A stretch of DNA of 31,258 nucleotides from Candidatus Poribacteria bacterium (lineage in GTDB: Bacteria > Poribacteria > WGA-4E > WGA-3G), in NCBI GenBank assembly GCA_965205025.1, contig CBDBFU010000022.1, positions 1 to 31,258 on the forward strand, in the 5' to 3' direction. Below, piece by piece: positions 27,115-31,258 of this stretch (positions within the stretch are counted from its first letter, which is position 1; every line of letters starts with the position of its first letter). Both the position numbers and the translations under genes were made by a program. The notes below the pieces were generated by a model that was given only the letters and a program-made list of their open reading frames with translations, ran no database searches and had not been told where the DNA came from.

Positions 27115-27359
27115 TTTTTTCACTTTGGTATGGATATTAAGATAATTTGAGATATTCGATTTTAAACTAAATGTAAGTTCCATATTCATTGGAAATATGA
27201 ATATCCACTTTTTCATTATATGTTAATGAGATTACAGATACTTGAACAACAATTTCAATTTTGTTGGTTTTTATAGTATACTTTAATGATATACTCTTAT
27301 ATACGAACACTGCAATGTATATTTCATGACGCTATACTTCATTTAGGTGGAGGTAATGA

Positions 27360-28160
27360 ATGGAAAAACAGATAACAGATGAACAGTGGGATCATTTTAA
27401 TGAACATGGATACGTCCGTATTGGTCAAGTCGCAACTGATGATGAATTTGCCCAGTTACAACAACGTATGGACGACATCATGCTTGGGAAAGCACCCCTT
27501 GACTATGATAAGATCATGATGCAACTTGATCGAGCACCTGGAACAGGTAAACCCGGACCTCAATCTGCAGGTCATAAGGGGGCAACTCTATTATATCGAA
27601 AAATTCAGAATCTTGAATTTGATCCACTTTTTTTAGCATATTTACAAAATCCTACCTTTGAAGAAGTCTGTACAAAGATCTATGGGGAAGGTGTTCCCGT
27701 ATTGTGCTTTCGTGCCATGTTTATGAATAAACCAGCACATGAAGGTACATATCTTGTTTGGCACCAAGACAGGTGGACAGACCTTACACTTGACCCCCAG
27801 ATTACCATATATACAGCATTGGATCCAGCAACAATAGAAAATGGGTGTGTCCATATAATACCGGGATCACATAGTAATCTAATTAATCCATCACATGGAT
27901 CTGGATTTCTTTCACAGGAGCAAATTGACGATATAGTTGAGAACGCAGAACCCATTCCGTTGGAATTAAAGGCAGGTGAGGTGGTCTTACTTCATAATTG
28001 GATGCTTCATAGTTCAGGAACAAACCAGACAGATATACCCCGCCGTGCTTTTAGTGTATGCTACATGCATGGTGATACTAAATCACGTGGTGGTGGAGCA
28101 TTTAGACGCGTATTTGGTGAAGGATCAATCACTGTAGAAGACTTGGCTAAAACTGCTTAG
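27360..28160 (+). CDS. phytanoyl-CoA dioxygenase (PhyH)-family Fe(II)/2OG oxygenase
   Basis: FNEHGYV, WHQD (HxD), ALDPATIENGCVHIIPGSH, LKAGEVVLLH..LHSSGTN...RRA; GGAGG RBS. Confidence 0.93.
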   Translation: MEKQITDEQWDHFNEHGYVRIGQVATDDEFAQLQQRMDDIMLGKAPLDYDKIMMQLDRAPGTGKPGPQSAGHKGATLLYRKIQNLEFDPLFLAYLQNPTFEEVCTKIYGEGVPVLCFRAMFMNKPAHEGTYLVWHQDRWTDLTLDPQITIYTALDPATIENGCVHIIPGSHSNLINPSHGSGFLSQEQIDDIVENAEPIPLELKAGEVVLLHNWMLHSSGTNQTDIPRRAFSVCYMHGDTKSRGGGAFRRVFGEGSITVEDLAKTA

Positions 28161-28207
28161 GCAGACAATAGTGGAGCATTCAATTATTTTACTTTAAGGA
28201 GCATTAT

Positions 28208-29212
28208 ATGTCAAAAATTCGACTCGCCATGATAGGATGTGGCGGTAACTCCTCCGGCCACGCGAGGCGGATGAATGGAAATCCAGAGGTGCAAGTCATC
28301 GCTACATGTGATGTCAATACCGATATAGCCAATGGTTATATTGATAGAAACCTTTCAGATCTAAAACCCCGTCCCCAGGCTTATGACAATATTCCTAAAC
28401 TATTGGAGGAAGAAAAACCCGATGCAGTGGTTATTTCAACACCACATACCTTACACTTTGAACAGGGGATGCAGGCATTGGAAGCAGGTTGTCACGTTCT
28501 CATGGAAAAACCCATGGTAACCTCTTCTGAAGATGCCTATAAACTCGCAGAAAAGGTTGAGGAAACAGGTTTAATTCTTACAATTGGCTACAATACACCA
28601 TGTTCCGCAAATTTTCACTATATTCGAGAAATTGTACGCAGCGGAGAATTTGGCAAATTGGAGTTAGTCATAGGTTACATTACACAAAATTGGAAACGGG
28701 CAACTACCGGAGCATGGCGACAAGATCCAAAACTCTCTGGTGGTGGACAGGCATATGATAGTGGTGCCCATCTACTGAATAGTCTGTGCTGGACAGTCGA
28801 AGCAAAAGTAGAAGAAGTTTACGCATACACTGATAATATGGACACCGAAGTAGACATCAATTCTTCTATTAATGTCAAGTTTGAAAGCGGTGTCCTCGCA
28901 TCTATGGTAGTTAGTGGAAATTGTCCGAGTCCAGGTGGCACACATATGGCATTGATTTTTGATAACGGTAGAATTGAAGTTGATGGTTGGGGAGGTGGAT
29001 GGATTCGAGTTTGGAAAGGCGGAGAGGCATTAGATCCCCCTCCAATTTCACCTGAAATGTCTGCAGGTAGTCCTGATGACAACTTCATAGATGCAATTTT
29101 AGGTAAAGCAGAACCGCGAACAAGTCCGATAAACGGTATAATTCAATCAGAACTCATGGATCTAATATATGAATCCGCTGAAACCCAGGCCCCTGCAAGA
29201 CCTAAACGGTGA
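28208..29212 (+). CDS. Gfo/Idh/MocA-family NAD(P)-dependent oxidoreductase
   Basis: IRLAMIGCGG, DAVVISTPHTLH, HVLMEKPM, WRQDPKLSGGG, DSGAH. Confidence 0.93.
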   Translation: MSKIRLAMIGCGGNSSGHARRMNGNPEVQVIATCDVNTDIANGYIDRNLSDLKPRPQAYDNIPKLLEEEKPDAVVISTPHTLHFEQGMQALEAGCHVLMEKPMVTSSEDAYKLAEKVEETGLILTIGYNTPCSANFHYIREIVRSGEFGKLELVIGYITQNWKRATTGAWRQDPKLSGGGQAYDSGAHLLNSLCWTVEAKVEEVYAYTDNMDTEVDINSSINVKFESGVLASMVVSGNCPSPGGTHMALIFDNGRIEVDGWGGGWIRVWKGGEALDPPPISPEMSAGSPDDNFIDAILGKAEPRTSPINGIIQSELMDLIYESAETQAPARPKR

Positions 29213-29229
29213 AATAGGAATAAATTACA

Positions 29230-30195
29230 TTGAATTACAACCCGCCAGATGAAATACTTCAGGAATCAGAAACCGGATCTGAAGATAGACAATTCAGGTC
29301 CGGTTATGTTAGTATTATCGGTGCTCCCAATGTTGGAAAATCCACATTACTGAACACGATTTTAGGACAAAAGTTAGCTATTGTCACCCCAAAACCACAA
29401 ACAACACGCAATCAAATTCGTGGGATTGTTACCACTGATACACATCAGATGATTTTTGTGGATACCCCCGGTTTAATGGATCCAAAATACCGTCTGCAAT
29501 CAGAAATGGTACGAACCGCATACGGAGCATTACGTGATGCTGATGTTGTATTATTTGTCATTGATGTAGCACGTCCTAATTCTGAAATTGAAGAAAAGGT
29601 TATTAAACAACTTAGTGGAAGAAGACGAACTAAGACTATTCTTGTATTAAATAAGGTAGATCTTGTTGAAAAACCAACACTATTACCCTTTTTTGATGAG
29701 TATAGTACTAAGTTTGATTTTGATGCCATGATTCCAATTTCCGCACTGACTAAAGATGGTATACCAGAACTTCTGGAACAGATTACCCCAAATTTACCTC
29801 CTGGACCACTCTATTTTCCTGAAGACCAACTTAGTGATCTTCCAGAACGTTTTTTCATCTCTGAAACAGTCAGAGAAAAAATCATGCTAATCACACAAAG
29901 AGAAGTTCCGTATGCTACCGCTGTTGTTGTGGAAGAATTTGAAAAGAGAATACGACGTAACACAGACGAGATAATATACATAAGAGCAATTGTATATACA
30001 GAAAAACAAACACAAAAACAGATTATAATAGGGAAAGGTGGAAAGTTAATTAAACGAGTAGGAGAATTAGCACGTCTTGATATAGAGAGGTTTTTAGACT
30101 CACCCGTTTTCTTAGAGTTATATGTTACAGTTAAGGCAGATTGGCGAAGAGACGCGGTTCAACTAAGGGAGTTAGGTGGTTTCTTGGACTTATAA
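29230..30195 (+). CDS. era: GTPase Era
   Basis: GAPNVGKS, KPQTTR, DTPG, NKVD, ISA motifs, then KH domain EVPY...IIIGKGGKLIKRVG. TTG start is uncertain. Confidence 0.97.
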   Translation: MNYNPPDEILQESETGSEDRQFRSGYVSIIGAPNVGKSTLLNTILGQKLAIVTPKPQTTRNQIRGIVTTDTHQMIFVDTPGLMDPKYRLQSEMVRTAYGALRDADVVLFVIDVARPNSEIEEKVIKQLSGRRRTKTILVLNKVDLVEKPTLLPFFDEYSTKFDFDAMIPISALTKDGIPELLEQITPNLPPGPLYFPEDQLSDLPERFFISETVREKIMLITQREVPYATAVVVEEFEKRIRRNTDEIIYIRAIVYTEKQTQKQIIIGKGGKLIKRVGELARLDIERFLDSPVFLELYVTVKADWRRDAVQLRELGGFLDL

Positions 30196-30311
30196 ATATA
30201 CTATATACCCCATTAACTCTTCTTAGTTCTATACACAAAATATCTCATATCAAAACCACCCTTTAGATTTTATTCTAAACTGTTGAAACCTCCCAATATA
30301 AGGATTATAGT

Positions 30312-31258
30312 ATGGCAGAATCCTCAATTGACATACATGGTGCACGAGAGCATAATCTCAAGAATATTGATATACAATTACCTAAGAATAAGTTAATTGT
30401 ATTCACGGGTGTAAGTGGTTCTGGTAAGTCTTCTCTTGCAATTGATACCGTATATGCTGAAGGACAACGTCGATATATAGAATCGCTTTCTGCATATGCC
30501 CGTCAATTTTTAGGTCAACTTGGCAAAGCCGAAGTTGATAAAATTGTTGGTTTATCTCCTTCCATTGCAATTGATCAAGGTTCAACCGGACATAATCCCC
30601 GTTCAACTGTTGCCACTGTTACTGAAATCTATGATTATCTTCGTGTGCTTTTTGCACGGGCAGGACAATTCAACTGTCTTGAATGCGGACAAGCAGTCGG
30701 TTCGCAAACTATCGCAGATATCGTAGAACATATTCTCACCTTCCCTCCGCGCACACGACTCATGATTTTAGCACCCATTGTTAAAGGCAGACGTGGAGAA
30801 TATCGTAGAGAACTATCAAATGCACGGAAACTTGGCTTTGTCCGTGCTCGTATTGACGGTGAAGTACATGAAATCAATTCTGACATAGCCCTTAATCCAA
30901 ATCAAACTCATAACATTGACCTTGTTGTTGATAGGATTATTATCAAAGATAACGTTCACAGTCGTGTGGCAGAAGCCGTTGAAACTGCACTTTCCATGGG
31001 TAATGACAGTATAATTGTTAATGTAGTTTCATCAGACAAGAACGATAAAAAGGCTGCGACTGAGGGGGAAGATCTACTTTTTAGTAGGCAATATGCATGC
31101 ACTAATTGTCAAATCAGTTATGATATTCCTGAACCTCGCCATTTCTCTTACAACAGCCCTTATGGTATGTGTGAGCAATGCCGCGGCTTAGGGCTGCAAA
31201 TGGCTATTTCCCCCAAACTCATCATCTTGGATGAGTCGCTTTCAATCTTAAAGGGGGC
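30312..31258 (+). CDS. uvrA: excinuclease ABC subunit A, 5' part (runs off the window; absent from the ORF track)
   Basis: Manual translation: MAESSIDIHGAREHNLKNIDIQLPKNKLIVFTGVSGSGKSSLAIDTVYAEGQRRYIESLSAYARQFLG..., later NPRSTVATVTEIYDYLRVLFAR and FSYNSPYGMCEQCRGLG. Confidence 0.97.
   Translation, partial: MAESSIDIHGAREHNLKNIDIQLPKNKLIVFTGVSGSGKSSLAIDTVYAEGQRRYIESLSAYARQFLGQLGKAEVDKIVGLSPSIAIDQGSTGHNPRSTVATVTEIYDYLRVLFARAGQFNCLECGQAVGSQTIADIVEHILTFPPRTRLMILAPIVKGRRGEYRRELSNARKLGFVRARIDGEVHEINSDIALNPNQTHNIDLVVDRIIIKDNVHSRVAEAVETALSMGNDSIIVNVVSSDKNDKKAATEGEDLLFSRQYACTNCQISYDIPEPRHFSYNSPYGMCEQCRGLGLQMAISPKLIILDESLSILKG

Noticed and set aside
30196-30311. SOS box upstream of uvrA
   Set aside because: No match to CTGT-N8-ACAG or GAAC-N4-GTTC; the LexA motif of this lineage is unknown to me.
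30403-30886. Short ORFs listed at the right end
   Set aside because: Antisense or off-frame shadows of uvrA, which the track missed because its stop codon lies outside the window.

Overview
AT-rich bacterial chromosomal window. The gene content (signal-peptide DUF4159 pair, TM-anchored ECF sigma/beta-propeller fusions, PhyH dioxygenase, YdjY fusion, dense REP-like repeats) suggests Ca. Poribacteria or a similar lineage, which is inference only. From left to right: a ~1 kb intergenic tangle of nested palindromic repeats and MITEs; a minus-strand heavy-metal RND efflux cluster (small His/Cys leader gene, TolC/CzcC, an unusually long CzcB/CusB-like adaptor, CzcA/CusA, a secreted protein); a plus-strand pair behind a perfect sigma-54 motif (secreted beta-propeller and a CARDB/prenyltransferase-repeat/YdjY fusion); an FmdB zinc-ribbon gene whose UGA may be recoded; an enlarged holA; a minus-strand block with two DUF4159 paralogues, a PA14 protein, a small membrane protein and two ~1000-aa ECF sigma-TM-Asp-box propeller fusions sharing a putative ECF promoter; then phyH-like, Gfo/Idh/MocA, era and the 5' part of uvrA. 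The most notable signals are (1) several transposase-free miniature elements nested inside REP hairpins, one of which duplicates the whole 20-bp hairpin, (2) the one-component ECF receptors and their shared promoter, (3) an apparently triplicated hairpin module in the RND adaptor, and (4) a candidate selenoprotein coupled to holA. All family assignments come from motif recognition by eye; no searches were run.
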